Assembly: GCA_016748015.1 (NCBI GenBank)
Contig: JAAOMT010000512.1
Location: 1,498,893-1,562,892 of the forward strand
From: Geosiphon pyriformis uo1
Taxonomy: Eukaryota > Fungi > Glomeromycota
Direction: 5' to 3'
DNA length: 64,000 nucleotides
Part shown: positions 23,950 to 38,293 of the stretch, one piece after another
Layout: every line of letters starts with the position of its first letter
How positions within the stretch are numbered: position 1 is the stretch's first letter
Program-made: the position numbers and the translations under genes
The notes under the pieces: generated by a model
What the model saw: the letters and a program-made list of their open reading frames with translations, nothing else
What the model was told of the DNA's origin: nothing
The model's database searches: none

Positions 23950-24600
23950 TATATATAATTAAATACATATATATATATTTAGTGTTTTAAATAATATAGT
24001 TTAATTATTATTTACTTATATTTAGCATATTTTATAATAATTATATGTGTTTTTATATGTAATTAGCCATTCAAACTAATTAAATATTAAGTGTTTTTAT
24101 TTTTTAAAAAAACTGGTTTAATATTTTACAAAAAAAAACTTATTTGTTCAAAAATTAGTAACTTTTTTATTATATTTTAAAACATAATTCAGATTAACTA
24201 AATTAACAAAATATTTTTATTTTTTTAATTTATTTAAAAAGTTATTAGTTATTAAAATACCAAATTTTGTATTTAACATATTATTTCTAATACATATGTT
24301 TTTAAATTAGTATTAATTTAATAATAAGTTGTATTACAAAATTAGCCAATTTAGTTATAACTAATCTCAGTTTTTAAATTTTAATTTTTAAAAAAAGCTT
24401 TTTTTATTTTTATTAATTAATTAATTTTTTGAATCTATAATAAATCAAATTAATACAATGTTCTTTAAACTAAATAACTTAAAAAAATTTTAACAAACCA
24501 AAATAAATAGTTTTATTAATTAAAATTAACCAATTTAAATTTTAATATTTGTTGTATTATTATTAATTAAAAGTTTTTTGGCAAACACAATTTTTTTTAA
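23950..24600 (-). mobile_element. LINE F, heavily decayed 3' remnant
   Basis: Minus strand TTTGAATGGCTAATTACATATAAAAACACATA at ~24043-24075 is a decayed copy of the LINE 3' UTR motif; boundaries approximate. Confidence 0.4.
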
Positions 24601-24619
24601 ATATTAATATTAAAAATAA

Positions 24620-26813
24620 TATTAAAACCAGAAAAAACTTCTTTTTTTTATGTTCAAAATTTTCCAAAGAGCATTTTTTCGAAAAAAAAGTTTTTTTTGT
24701 TTTTGTTTTTTTTGTAATATTGCTTTTAATATTTTTCAAACAAATAATTCTTTTGTAATAAATCTGAAAACTGCTTCAAATAACAGTATGTTTAAAAAAA
24801 ATGTTCAAAAAGACTCTTTATAGCCCAATTGAAGTTTTTTTTTTTAGAAAAAAAGAGTTTTTATTAGTAATATTAAGCATTTTGATAATAAAAAAATTAT
24901 CTTCTTGGTTAAATCTGGTTTTAATAGTAGTGTGTATTAAGATATAAATAGTAAATTTAGTAATAATAAAAATGATAATATTTTAGTAAATACTAATAAT
25001 GGTTTTTTTTTGGCTTAATAGTAATAACTTTTAAAGTTAAAAATATTAATACTAGTTTAAAATGTAATTTTCCTATTGGTATAATTAACAATAATATAAA
25101 TAAAAATAAAAAATCTCTTTCTTTTTTTCTTAACATCTTTTTAGACAAAAAATAAATTAACTTCAAAATAGCCATTAAAAAATTCTTTGTTTTGAATATT
25201 AATTTTTTAGCAGTTAAAAAAAAAATTAGCTATGACTAAAATACAAGTTATTAAAAAAAATTTTTCAAAAATAAATAATTTTGAAAAAATTACTATTTTC
25301 TTAAAGATTGAAAAGATTATCAATTTATGTTTACATTTAAAAAAAACATAAAAAAAGCCATATTATTGGCTGAAAAAATAATATTATTATAAATAATAAT
25401 TTTAAGAAACAAAAATTCTACTTAAATTAAATTGTAGTCATCAAAAAAATTTTCATAGAAATATTTAAAAATATAATTATTATTACAATAACTAAATATA
25501 ATTAAATAATATTAATTTGATTGTAATTAATTAAACTATAACAAAAAACTAAAATTTACTAAATCAAGTCAAGCCAATTGTTTGGTATTTAGATAGTTTT
25601 TTTTAATTAAAAAAAATTCAATATGAATAGCCAAAACTGTAAAAATTATAATGTTTGAATATTTAAAGATTATTTTAAAGTAATTTGTTTACTTTATTTG
25701 TAAAAACAACTGCTTATAATCTTGATATTTTGTTAAAAAAGACTGGTAAAAAAATTTGTATAATTAATTGTTTATTTAAGACTGATAATAAAATTTATTA
25801 TATTGTAATTTGTTTCGAGTTAGATAATTACCTAAAGTTAATATTTTATATAGAGCCAATTTTTGTAGTATTAAACTTTTTTGAATTAAATTTGGTTTAA
25901 TTTATTATAAAAAATGTGAATATTTTAAGCACTTTTTTTTTAAATGTAATTCTACAAACTTATCTGTCTTTATAATAAAAAAATTTATAAAAAATCTGTT
26001 TTAAATAAGAATTATTTTTAGCTAACTTACTTCCATGTTAAAAATAATATTCTTATTACATAATCTGTGTCTTTTAGAAACAAATTCTAAGCACAGATAA
26101 TTTTTTTAGTAATTGTCTTTTTTATTGTTTTTTATAACTTTTGTGTTAATGTTTTCTTTGGTATTTCTCTCTTAAATACCAATTTACTAATTTTGTTTAT
26201 TAATACTTACTTAATATTATTGAAATAATCTCTAAAACTTTTGGCTAATCAAATATTAGGTATTTTTTATAAGTTAAATAATATAAATAAATTTTTTATG
26301 TTTTTATTGTTTTTTTCTTATAAGTTAATATATTAGTTTTTGACTTACAATTGAATTTAAAAATGGTTATTAATATTTTATCTAAGCTTTTTATTCTTTT
26401 ATGATAAGTGTATTAAAGTTTTTGGTTATAGATTTGAACAATTCAAAAAATTTAACTTTTAAATAGAAAGTTTAAAGTCAAAGTTAATTGTTTTAAAAGT
26501 TTTAATTGGCTTAATTTTGACAAAGTTAGATTTGTTGTATATTGGTTTAAGTTTTTTAATTCTTTATATATTTTAATAAATAAGTTTATTTAGAAAATAG
26601 CTATGTGTAATATTAGAAATATAAACAATTTAGCTAAACAAAAAAACGTTTTTTGTTAATATATAGAATTTGACAATATAGTTTTTATTGTTATAAAGAC
26701 TAAGTTAAAATTTAATATTAGGTTATAAATTATAAATAAGTTTAGTAATGTCTGGATTTTTATATTTGGTTTAAATAAAAGTTTTTTTAATGTTGGTATA
26801 GTTATTATTATAA
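24620..26813 (+). mobile_element. LINE E, heavily decayed 5' half (5' UTR, ORF1, start of endonuclease)
   Basis: Collinear with LINE D 49840-52070 (AAAAACTTCTTT 5' end; 24781-24950 vs 49981-50160; ATAGCTATGTGTAATATT endonuclease start ~26597); cut by a Gypsy LTR at 26814. Confidence 0.8.
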
Positions 26814-28376
26814 TATTACAAGTGATTATTTAGAGTGTTAAAACAAATAAAAAATTCATAATTTGGTGCTTAATAGTTATTAATAATAATAAATTTTAAA
26901 GGTTTGGGTATTTAAAAAATTTGGTTAAATTTTTTGTATAATAAACAGAAATTCAATTAATAGTTTTTTTCCAATTTTTGTCTTCAATATAATAACCAAT
27001 TTAATCTGGCTGTTATGCTTTTTTGATAAGCTATCTTTAAGTTTTCTATCCATGTTTTATAAGTCTTTTATTAGGCTATTTTTAATGTTAATTATTTAGT
27101 ATTTAATTTTTTAATTAATTAGTAAACAATAAAAAAAATAAAATAAAAAATAAAAATTGGTATTTTGTTAATAGCTATGATTAAGAGCTATTAGTTTAGT
27201 ATAATTAAGTATCAAATTTTATTAACATAAGTTGTTAATAGTATAAAAGTGATTAATATTTCTTAATTAAATAATAACAACATAAATCAGATAATAATAG
27301 ATAATTTTATTAATATAAATATAATTCTATTTTAAGTTATAGAAAACTATTTTTTAAAAGAAAAGATATTTGCTAACTATTAATTAGTTGTTACTGTTCT
27401 GTTTTTTTTGCTTCTAATACTCTTACTATATATACATAATTTATATTATATAAAATCTTATATATTTCTATTTTTTTCTATGTTACTTTTTAAAAATATG
27501 CTTATTCTTAAAAATATACTTACTTGTTAAATACTATTCTTTTATTGGTCTATTTTTCTAATCTGTTTTTTTATTTTTTTTTGTACTTTTTTTTTATAAA
27601 TAACATTATTTTTTCTTTTTAATATTAAGCTCCATCAAAATTTTCATTTTAAATTAAGTCTAATATTTCTTTTTTAATACTATTTATTCAATTTTAGTTC
27701 TTATGTTTTCAAATTAAGAATTAATTATTTTTTTTTACTGATTAACAGTTATGGTTTCTATTTCTAAATTTAGTAATATTTTTGGATAGTTTTAGAATAT
27801 GATGTATAGTCAATAAATTATTTTAATGTATAATATAGAACTTGTCTTTTTTTATTAAAGTCTTCAATTTGTTATACTATTTCTTAATTAAACATTTTTT
27901 TAAATTTGTTAGTATACAATTTCTTAATATTTAGTTTTTGTTTTAACTAATAATAACAGTATGCTATTGGAAATTGTTTTATTTATAGCTTTTAGTTTTT
28001 TTTAGTTAGTTTTTCTGTTGAAATAGTAACTAGTATTTTTCTAAAAGTGTTTTTTATTTTTTCTATAATCTTATCTAACTAATGCTTTGTTTGGTTTTAT
28101 AGTTACTAATATGAAATAATTTTTTTTTTTTTTTGTGGTTTTATAACAAATTGTTTGGTAATTAATAATGATTTTTATGTTTAATTGTTGTTAATTTATG
28201 GTTTAAAACAATTTTTGTGCTATTATGTAGATGTAGTTTAAAATTTCCATTTTTTTTGTCACTTTTGTCATGTATACTGTATCTTTATATACTTTTATTT
28301 TGATTTACTTTTTTGTGTTTTTTTTAATAATTATGTTTGGTTTCAAATTTTGTGAAATTTTATCTAATTTGATTAG
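26814..28376 (-). mobile_element. Gypsy family 1 copy b: end of pol, ORF3 (28250-27619) and 3' LTR (27605-26814)
   Basis: Reverse complement matches 46800-48370 and 61800-63408; LTR starts TGTTA at 27605 after the PPT. Confidence 0.88.
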
Positions 28377-28555
28377 TGTTACTAAAGATTTTTGGTCTTT
28401 TTTCTAGAATGTTGTTTATGTTAATTTGCTATTAATTCACATTTATTAGAAGTTAATAAATTTTTAATAACTGAATTTATTTTTAAATTATCTCTTATAA
28501 TTTGAACTGCTGAACTTATAAGTAGAATGGTCAATTTTGTACCAATTACTTTGTA

Positions 28556-28745
28556 TAGTTATATTGTAGTAAACATTAACTTTTTTTAAGAATTGTTTAT
28601 TTAAAAGCTTACTAAATTATATGTAGTTACTTTGTAGTAAAACTCAATTCTTTTTCAGAAATTGTTTATCTAAAAGCTCACTAAAATATGTAATTACTTT
28701 GCTATAAAAGTTAACTCTTCTATAAGAATTTTATCTATAGGCTAT
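28556..28745. repeat. ~67-68 bp tandem repeat, about 3 copies, inside the family 3 LTR
   Basis: Units TAGTTACTTTGTAGTAAAA...AAAAGCTCACTAAA start at 28556, 28624 and 28691. Confidence 0.8.
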
Positions 28746-29257
28746 CTTAATAATTATAATAAAAAAAATAAAAAAAATGTAAAAAAAATAAAATTTTGTT
28801 AAGAAAATAGTTTCTGGTCCAGATTTGGAATCATTAATAGTTTATTGAAATTAGTAATTAATAAATTTTAAAATATTAGTTTGGGTTTTGAAAAATGTTA
28901 AGTATAAATATTAAAAAATTGGTTTTTAAAGTATATTTTATTTTTGAATTGTATTAATAAAAATAAATCTAAAGTAAGATATCTATAGTAAGATAATTCT
29001 AAAAAAAAAATATTTTCTTAAAGAAAAAAGCTTTTTTTTTATATAATTTGTTATAATATTAGTCTGTGAACTTGAACTTTTTTTTTTGTTATAATTTTTA
29101 TGAATTAAAGATACATTTTAATAAACTACAAGTTATTTTGTTAAGCTATTAACTATTTTGATAAATTATTTATTATTTTAGTGAATTTATATAAATTTTA
29201 GCAAATTTTTAAATATTATATAGTTTAATATATTGTGTAATTTAATTATTCCAATTT

Positions 29258-32200
29258 TTTTATTATTATTATTATTTAATGAGTGAAATCCAAACACACT
29301 CTAGTATTATACATTATACAAATAATTTAAACTAGGAGCAAATCATGTGTTTTCTACATGTGACCAGCCACTTAGACCAATCAGAACAACATTACACACC
29401 TATATGAACAGAAACCAAGTCCCCAATACTCGAGAAAAATGAACATGAATTACAAAATCCAAAACCAATACCAAACACTTCAGCAATACCCAGCAATCTA
29501 ACCACACCAGCTGAAAGCAACATCGATAAACTAGAAACTGAGGTAGGAATAAAATCATCACATGAGATTAGCCCATTTTTGTCCATAAAAGCTTGGTGTT
29601 TGGCACGAACCAGCCAAATATCCTCTCTGAACACAAGACAAAACTCATAAACAAAGTCCACAACCTTTAACATCGCAATCTTAGGATCTCTAAAAACAGA
29701 AGCAGATTCATGATACCAATTATTAAAAACAAAGCTTTTGCACAAAGCCAAACCAACAGCAACATCGGAAACACAGGTGTGCAGCAATTGTGAAATGCAT
29801 GAAAAAGACCAAGATAAACCCAAACAAGCCTCTCAAACAAACGCATAAGCATCCAACAACCAAGCACAACCTGCAGCATCAAATGGACAACAAAAAACAT
29901 GGTTGGAGACTTCAATGTCATTGTAAAACAAACAAACCACACTGGGATAACACTTATTATACAAACATTTACATACAGCAACTGGAAGCTAATGATAGAG
30001 GGTTTTTATAAAGTAAGTGCAAAGGCCAGCAGTATATATACTAGTAAAACCAGTAGTCAAATGAGAATTCATGTGCCATATCATAGAGGACTTTGACCAA
30101 TCAATATCAGCATACAGACTATTTAGCATGACCTGGAAGCCCAATCCAATCTCCCAGCATGCATAATGAACAGACCAGAAAACATCACAAACAAAGTGTT
30201 TAGAACTGCCAAAAACTGTAGTACCACCAGCTCTCAAAAATTTTTCACTAATCAAATAGGGCAGTTGCCAGACAGAGAGAGTGACATCCCTAGCAAGCAT
30301 ATCAGCACACTCATTGCCTGAAACACCTGAATGTCCCCTAACTTTAATTCAATTCACACATAAATTTTTACAACAAATGACATCAGTAATGTGGCGATGC
30401 TCAATTCAACACCAGTTTCTAAAATTTGGACAAGCCAAAAAAGATTCTGATTTGCACACATCCAGAGCAGCCTGGCTGTCTGAAAATAAGTTGACCATTT
30501 GAAAAGAAAGAACACACTTAAGAGCTAAAGCAATAGTCTGTAGTTCTGTTAGAATAGAAAAAATCATGCCAGACACCCTTACATCTAGATCCGAGTTAAT
30601 GTCCTGAAAAAAAACCACAGCATTAGTCTTCATATTAATAGTACCCAAACCACACAGAGACTTATTTATATACACAAAAAGGCAGGCTGCATCAGTAGCC
30701 AACAGATCATTACAAATAATACTGAAACCATGAGACCAACGAACATCAGAAACAGCACCACTATTCATAAGCAAAGAGCACCCAGAAGGAAGAACATCAC
30801 TCTCAAAAAAGCAAACAGAGAGATCAAACCAGAAAGGAACTGGGCCACAGGGATTCAGTCTTTTTCAATGCTTGAAGATTTTTTAATCAAAGATGTCACC
30901 ACTTCAGTTTTGTAGCTGCTTTACAAAAGTGATTCCATAACATTTGAGTGATGAGACACACTTAAGAAAATTTGGCTTACCAAGAACCATAGACATAGAA
31001 GTACTACCTGAAAGCAAAAGGCACAGGCCAGAGAGTTGCCCAAAGACAAATCACACTCAGAAAAAATACAAACCACACTAGCCAAAAAGTTATTTGAAGG
31101 GTTAATACCAACACGAGCCAGAAATAGCAAAGGGTAACAAGGGCGCCAACTAAAAACCTGGAGATCATAAGAGCTATGAGAAAATAAATAACCCAAAATA
31201 CCAACTGAGTTTGCAAAATCAATAACAGATGTTGATTTACTCTCAGCTTGGATCTGTTCAAAAGTTTTTAAATTGTACAATAAAAGATGATAAAGTGCAT
31301 CATTGGGAAAATCAAATGGCAGTCCCGACTTCAACTTTAGGCCTTTACATGTCAGAGCATCCCATTTATTACACACACTAATAGAAATGAAACTAAACTG
31401 AGTCTTGTAGTTAACGATGGGAAACAGAACTGCAGACACCAAATATGCGAACTGCTTATTCGAAATTGCCTTCCTCAAAACAAAATTCACAAAAAACCAA
31501 ACATCTGAATGAGCCTTAGCCAAGCTAGGCTTGAATAAACCCTCAGTCAACAAAAAAATACCTAGATAATAATGAGATTCCCCCTTCTTTGCGATAGAAA
31601 TAAGCAATCCACTGATATTAAGCTGGGGATTCATAACTCAACAATTGATAGAGATAGCCATTGTTTTGTCATTATTTATAGAAATGTCATTAAACCTGAA
31701 AAATTTACTAGCAACATCAAGGATGTGTTGTGTAGCAGTCTGGCTGTTACCAACCCATATTGTATTATTGACAAAAGCACTAGCAGCAAGAAATGAAGTC
31801 AATCCAGCCTGAGGATCTGCCTGGCCAGTCTTAGAAATAAAATTGAAATTTAACCTGTAACCACAAACATTCTCTTGTCTTTTGACCTCATACAAGAGTG
31901 AATCATAGAAAATGCGCCAAAAAAGAGGCAAAAAAACTTCCCCTTGGTCCAACCTATTATGGACATAATACTCATTAGTTAATCTAAAGTCTGTCATCAC
32001 CCTATTGATACGGCCATTGTAAATGCTACCAAAGAATCTTATAAACTTGTTGCACATCTTGATTTTGACCAGACTCCTTCTGAGATGTTCCCAACCAACC
32101 AAGTCATAAGCCTTACGCATGTCTTGTAAAACTAGCCAAAGTTCTCTGTTCTTTTTCAGGACATCCTTAACAACAGAACCAATGGTAAAAATAAGAGATT

Positions 32201-35200
32201 GTGTCATTGTGCCTTTCAAAACTGAGAAGTTGTCCCCATGGAGAACATCAAAAGTACTACAAACTGAAGAAATCCTGTCTGAAAAAACCTTAGAAAGAAT
32301 CTTATAGGCTGTTTCAATCAGAGCAATTGGACAGGTATTTGTGAAAACACACTCTTATTCATATGATATGGGTATCATTAAAACCCAAGCATTTCTCTAA
32401 GGTCTAGGAACTGACTTATTAACTAAGCAAGAGTTCAAAAGCACTAGAAGCATATCTAAAACTGACTTGTCGCAATGTTTCCACAATTCATTAGAAATAC
32501 CAGAAAGGCCAGCAGTCTTTCCATTAGGAAGGTTCTTGACAATGGCAGACATCTCACCAAAATTAATCGAACACATAACACCAAAGAAAACACCATCAAA
32601 CACATGATCCGGAGGCTGAAATTGGCAAATCCAATTAGCAAAGAGATCAAATATCACTTTATGTTTCCTGGTTCATCCTTCCATGATCTTATCCACCTTA
32701 GATTTGACCAAATTTGGCTCCAAAATCAACTCATCTCTCACAACCAGATGAACCAAAACCACCTTACAAAAAAAATACTCCAACACACTCCTAATGGTAT
32801 GACTCTTGTCTAACTTAAAACTCTCCATCCTCCTAGCAATAGCTTGCTTGATATGAGACTCCTTAGCACACTTGAATTCTAACAACTTGGCAGTGTGGTA
32901 TAATTTTCTTGTCTTGACAAGCACAGAACAAATAAGATTAAAATTAGAACCTAAAAGAAAAAGAGACTTCATCTCTGATGCACTAGTGGAATTGAGCTTG
33001 TTCTACATTTTCAACAATGCAACAAAATCACAACAAAAAATTAAACATGATGTCTTAACCAGTTTGGAAACAAACAACTCCAGCTTATGAAATCTGGAAG
33101 ACTCCTTAGTGAAAACACCATCAAAACCCTTAAACCATTTTCTCTTAAATACACCATCAGCCGAGAAAGCCATGATCTTGCGAATAATATCCCACATAGT
33201 GTCCAGATCCAAGAACTTCACAGCAAAACCAAATACATCTAAAAACATAACAGCATTAGCAGCTGTATTATTCTTGAACTCAAACCATTTTGCCTCATTA
33301 GCATTTTTGATATCAAACTTCTAATGATCTCTATTTGCTTGTTTGTGAAAAGAAATCAAATGAGTATCCAAAAGTCCACCCAACCCCAGAAACACAGAAA
33401 CAGCCTAGTAATCTGTATTGAAATGTTCACTAACATCGGAAACACCACAATGAACAACTGCATTGATTAGATTTAAAGAAATAAACATATAGTCAATGGT
33501 TTTCTTGACACCCCTAGAATTCACCCAAGTAAGCATTTTAGTAGCCAAGCTTCTGACTAAAGAATTAACCAGCCCCAGATCCAGGCATTTCTTAAAACTA
33601 GCACATTTATGAGACCTATCTTCATTAAAGTTACCACCGAAAATGATAAAAAAAGACTCATTAACAGCCTTCACAATGAGAGAGTTGATTTTACTGGCTT
33701 GAAAAAACCAAACTGCCAAAGAAGCACCAGCATAAAGACCCAAAATAGACACAAAAAGCTTATTTTTGAAAAGCAATTTGATGTATAGTAGCTGACCAGG
33801 CACCTCAGAGACCTTATACACATGTCTCGCCAAAGAAGAATCCATAACAATAACTACACCAGCATCCAGATAACCAGAGTCCAAATCAGAAGTAAACACC
33901 TGAACATCATCAAACCTGCTGGTGATCTATGGATGGATCTTTTCTCTTAGCTTCAATTCCGTAAAAATAGAAAATAAATTGCCCATATTCTTATGCCAAC
34001 GAATGATATCATCTTGTTTTGTAGAATTATTTATTTCTCTAACATTACACATGGCAACTTTCTAAACCAGATCCATCATTAAGAAGGACTAAAAACAGGC
34101 ACTAGACCAGCATTGTTCATTTTAGCTGAAAGACTTATAACCATAACCAAAAAATTCCTCAAAGTTTCTTCCATTTTCAAGACTACCAAAGAATTGAAAA
34201 CCACTGCTCTCACTACAGTCTTATCACCAGTGATCACACCCGAACCCTTACTCATTACTATATCTGCCCCTTAATTCTGTGATGAAGGGATCACCAACAG
34301 CTGATGTCCAGGGCTAAGCTGAGAAACTGTTGGCCCAGGTGTATCCAATCTCTTAGCCAGCTTATCAACATGCTCTGTGAGACTGGTGAGACTGCGCTCA
34401 AGAGTGGCAAACCTATCATTCATATCCAAAGACACCAGCGGAGTAGGCTTCATCTCCAAAGAGGAGCCATTTTTTGAATAAACATCTCAACCAGAAAGAG
34501 AGAAAAAAGAAGACCCACTGACAACACTAGCCCATGAAGTACCACCAAAAGCAACTGGTCAAGTAACTAAAGCTGAACATTTGGCATAAATAGTCACCAG
34601 TCTACTTTTATCAAAATCTGAAAGCATCTGACATGGCAACCTACCAGAAGGCAATTTCTTACCAAAACTACAGCCCAAAGAAGTATGACCCAACCTCCCA
34701 CACTTTGCACATGTAGCAGAACCAATATAGGACCAATGAAGATGAGCACCTCTTAATACAGATGTGGTTCCTATGATGGCATCCAATGATTTGGCTGACT
34801 CAAAACAAACAATAGCACATCTGGCCTGGACATATATAACCAGATGATGATCATTTTCTCACCTACAGAACCAATAAAGTTCCAGATGTCATGAGCATTT
34901 GTTCCTACAGGTAGAGTATAGAGCAATGTTCTGTAAAGATTTCTTTTATCCCATGTAACCTTATCCAAATCTGATCTAGCAACGTGCATCACATCCTTCT
35001 CAATCAGGATAGACCATCTATCTGTCAAAATATTAGCCTGAGATTGTTCCTCAAACTCAATGATTGCTTTTTGCTACAGCCCCACCAATTGCATTTTGAT
35101 CGACTTAATTACACCAAATTCAGACAGTGCAGCACACACAGCCTCAGCTGATGTTCCAACTGGAATTTCTTTTATCACCACAGCCCGATCTAAACGACCA

Positions 35201-35995
35201 GTTAATTTCTTGAGATCAGTGTTTATCAAAATCTTTGCATGCTCAGCCTTTTTGGAAGCCTGCACCAAGCTCAAATTGGAAGTGAATGATGCTCTGATAA
35301 TTCCAGCAAATTTTGAAAAGGTAAAGGTCCTCCCCAAAACCATTGATTTTTGAGAATAATTTCCTGACCACCACAAGCTTTTCCTAAGTAGATTTTCTAA
35401 CAATATTGTCCAAACTAATATTCAGAGCAAAAGATTTTCTAACAGAGATATTGACCATGTTTTTTAGGGGGGAGAAAGAATCACAGGACCATCCAAGAGA
35501 ATGTCATTATCATTGCTGCCCAGAAAATTGATTTTGCCCAGAGGTTTACCCAAAGCTTGCTTAGTAACTATCTTAGACTCTTTAGGTGTTTGGTTATTGT
35601 TTTTTCCTTCCAAAAAATTCTTTTTTCCATAATCTACACTAGTCTTCTTGACTAAAAACTCCTTTTTCATGTCCATACTGTTAGATTCAATGATATCTCC
35701 AGTCTCAGACTTCCAAGAATTACCAACTATTTTATCAAACAAAACCATTTTTTGAGCTGCATCATTCTTTAGAATACCACCCTTTCTTTTTTTTCTAGAA
35801 GCAACATCCTTACTAACAGTATTAGCACTAAAGCCTTTGACAGACTTCTTCATCGCAGCAACACTAGAACCAATAATGGTCTCATAATCAAGTAGAAACA
35901 GTTTGGATTTATTGTACTGAATTGTAAAAACTTTTTTCAAAAAACTTTTCTTGATTCTTTTTTAGGAATTTGGAATGAAGGAGAGAAAGAAGTTT
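29258..35995 (-). mobile_element. LINE C, full length, least decayed LINE
   Basis: ORF1 ~35853-34079 (RRM-like AVVIKEIPVGTS, CAKCGRLGHTSLGC); ORF2 34079-29392 (GNFN, IDY, LQDMRKAYD, LDQGEV, RNase H TELQTIA, DSQAAL); 3' UTR motif; (TAA)n plus A tail. Confidence 0.95.
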
Positions 35996-36179
35996 TTTTT
36001 TTTTCTAATTTCTATTGTACAAATTGAATTATTAATTAAATAGCAATTTTTGATAATTTTAAATTAAATAATAAGTAATAATTTAAATAATAATAATATA
36101 TACTAATTAATAATAAGAATTATAAGATAATTTTATACTAATTAATAGCTAAAATTTTATTGGTAATATAATTTTCCTC

Positions 36180-36976
36180 TTAAGACTAAGTTCTAACAAA
36201 GTCCAAGCACTATTTGTAATATTAAAATAGTAATCCAAAATAATTAAAGTAATTTGGTTTGAAAATTGTTGAAATTTCAGTTCTATAAGTTTGCCAATAT
36301 ATTGAATCTTTATTAATTGGAGTATTAGATTCTGTAGAACGTTTTTGCAAGTATTGAATAAGTCATAGAGTTTAAAAGTTGCTTTAAGTTTGTAATAAGT
36401 ATTTGTTAGTCCAGTTGCTGTTTTGAATTTATTGTAAATTTGTTTTTATATAGCTTTAAGAGTAAAATTGGTTGTTTTAAGTTTTAGTTTTCGTTCATAA
36501 TATATTTTTTTAATATGAAAATATTTAAAAATAGAGGTATATTTATGGCTTTATTTATTAAAAAACAGTTGAAATTTTTGTTAAGTTGTGGTATTTGGTG
36601 AAATGTTAATAGAAACAAATAAAAAATTTTTTTTTAAAGCTTGCTTTAAAAGTTTTGGTAATTAAATTTCAGAAGAATTTCTTGTGTTTTTTCTATAAAA
36701 ATAATAATTCTAAAAATTATTTATTATTGGTATTATAGTTTTTTTTTAAGTGTAATTAATTTGACTTCTATATTTTATTATAAATAAATAAGAGAGTATT
36801 TTTAACATTACTATTAATTTTTGAGACATTTGTTGAATGTTTTAGGAAATAATTATAATAAAAATAATTAAATTAAGACTAAAATTTGAAAAAAATTTGA
36901 AAAATAAAGAAATATTTTGGGTATAGAGTTTTTATATTTTTTTTGGTTTTGGGTTTTTTTTGTAATTAATTATCAT
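36180..36976 (-). pseudogene. Family 3 ORF3 (decayed)
   Basis: ATG at 36976 after the integrase end; C-terminal part reads YYKLKATFKLYDLFNTCKNVLQNL...IQYIGKL and ends at the PPT. Confidence 0.5.
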
Positions 36977-37572
36977 TTTTGTTTTTACATTTGTGTATTA
37001 TTAAAAAAATATTATAATAATAGTAAATTAAATGTTCAAGTTTGATTGTTGTTCTAAATATCAAGAAATATCTTTGGAATTAATTAAAAAAAATGTGTAC
37101 CAATTTGTAAAATTAATTCCAGAATTGTTTTTAAAATAATAATGCTTTAATTAATTTCTATGTACAACTGTGGTTAGAACTTTGTTATTAAGTCTTAATT
37201 TATATAATTTATTATTTAAGATTTTGTAAATATAAAATAGTCTATCCTATTTATGTTCAAATTTTTCACTCTATTGTTTTTCAGTCTTAGTTTTGTGTAA
37301 GAAAACTTTGTTTTCAACTTTGAATTCATTAGTAATTGATGGTAACTTATTGTTATGCCATTCTTTTTGTTAAGCTTGAAAATATTTAATATGAATTGTT
37401 ATTATTCATTTTTTTCTTTTCAAAATGCTCAATAAAATGTAAGTTTTTTATTGCAGTATTTTTTTAAAGTTTTTTTCATTAATTGGTTGTATAAAATATG
37501 TTTCTATAGTAAAATTAATTGATAATATTGATATTTTTCTATAGATTAAATTAAAAAATGTGTGTTTTATAG

Positions 37573-38293
37573 TATTATGATTAAAACTCATACTTTTTAT
37601 TAGTTATCACATGTATTAGCCACTAATGTTATATAATTAGCCATCTTATTTTTAGATAGTAATCATTGATCTAATTAATAACCTAATTAGTAATCTAATC
37701 ATTAACTTAATCATTGATCTAATCATTAATCTAATTGTTGATCTAATTGTTGACTACTTTTAATAGCTATATAAGCAATGAGTCTCTTAATTATAGAAAA
37801 ATATGATCAAATTAACAAAATAAAATTCATTATCAATTACTTTCTCTTATATTGCTTATTCTTTTTTCTCTACTTTTAGGTATCTAAACATTTTGGAATA
37901 AAAGATTATTTGTTGGCATTCACATACTTTATCTTTTTTTCTTCTTGATTTGTATTGTTAAAATTAGTCTGAGAAATGATTGCTTGCTTTTGTGATTTAT
38001 TGAATAAAAAAACAATTGAAAAGCACAATGATACCTATTATTGATTCTAAGAATTGCTGAGGTAAGACATAAAATAATAGCAGTAGTATTATTTTGTTGA
38101 TAATTATAAACTATTTCTTTACTTTCAAATTTTCAGAAAAGATTTGTGACTGTGATTTTTATGAAACTGATTATGCACATTAAATTTTTACTCATTTAAT
38201 TTGCTCCTTTATTGTAATTCTGTCTTTAATTATTTCTATTATCTTACAATCTTGTTCTCTTTTGCTATTTGTTAGCTTGTTACTCCAACTTAT
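37573..38293 (+). repeat. 5' LTR of Gypsy-2a (3' end and PBS apparently deleted)
   Basis: Direct repeat of 44245-44975; contains a 12-bp tandem array. Confidence 0.88.

Noticed and set aside
28556-28745. CRISPR-like array or LRR-coding repeat
   Set aside because: Whole units are repeated with no unique spacers, the period is not a multiple of 3, no cas genes are present, and the context is a eukaryotic LTR.
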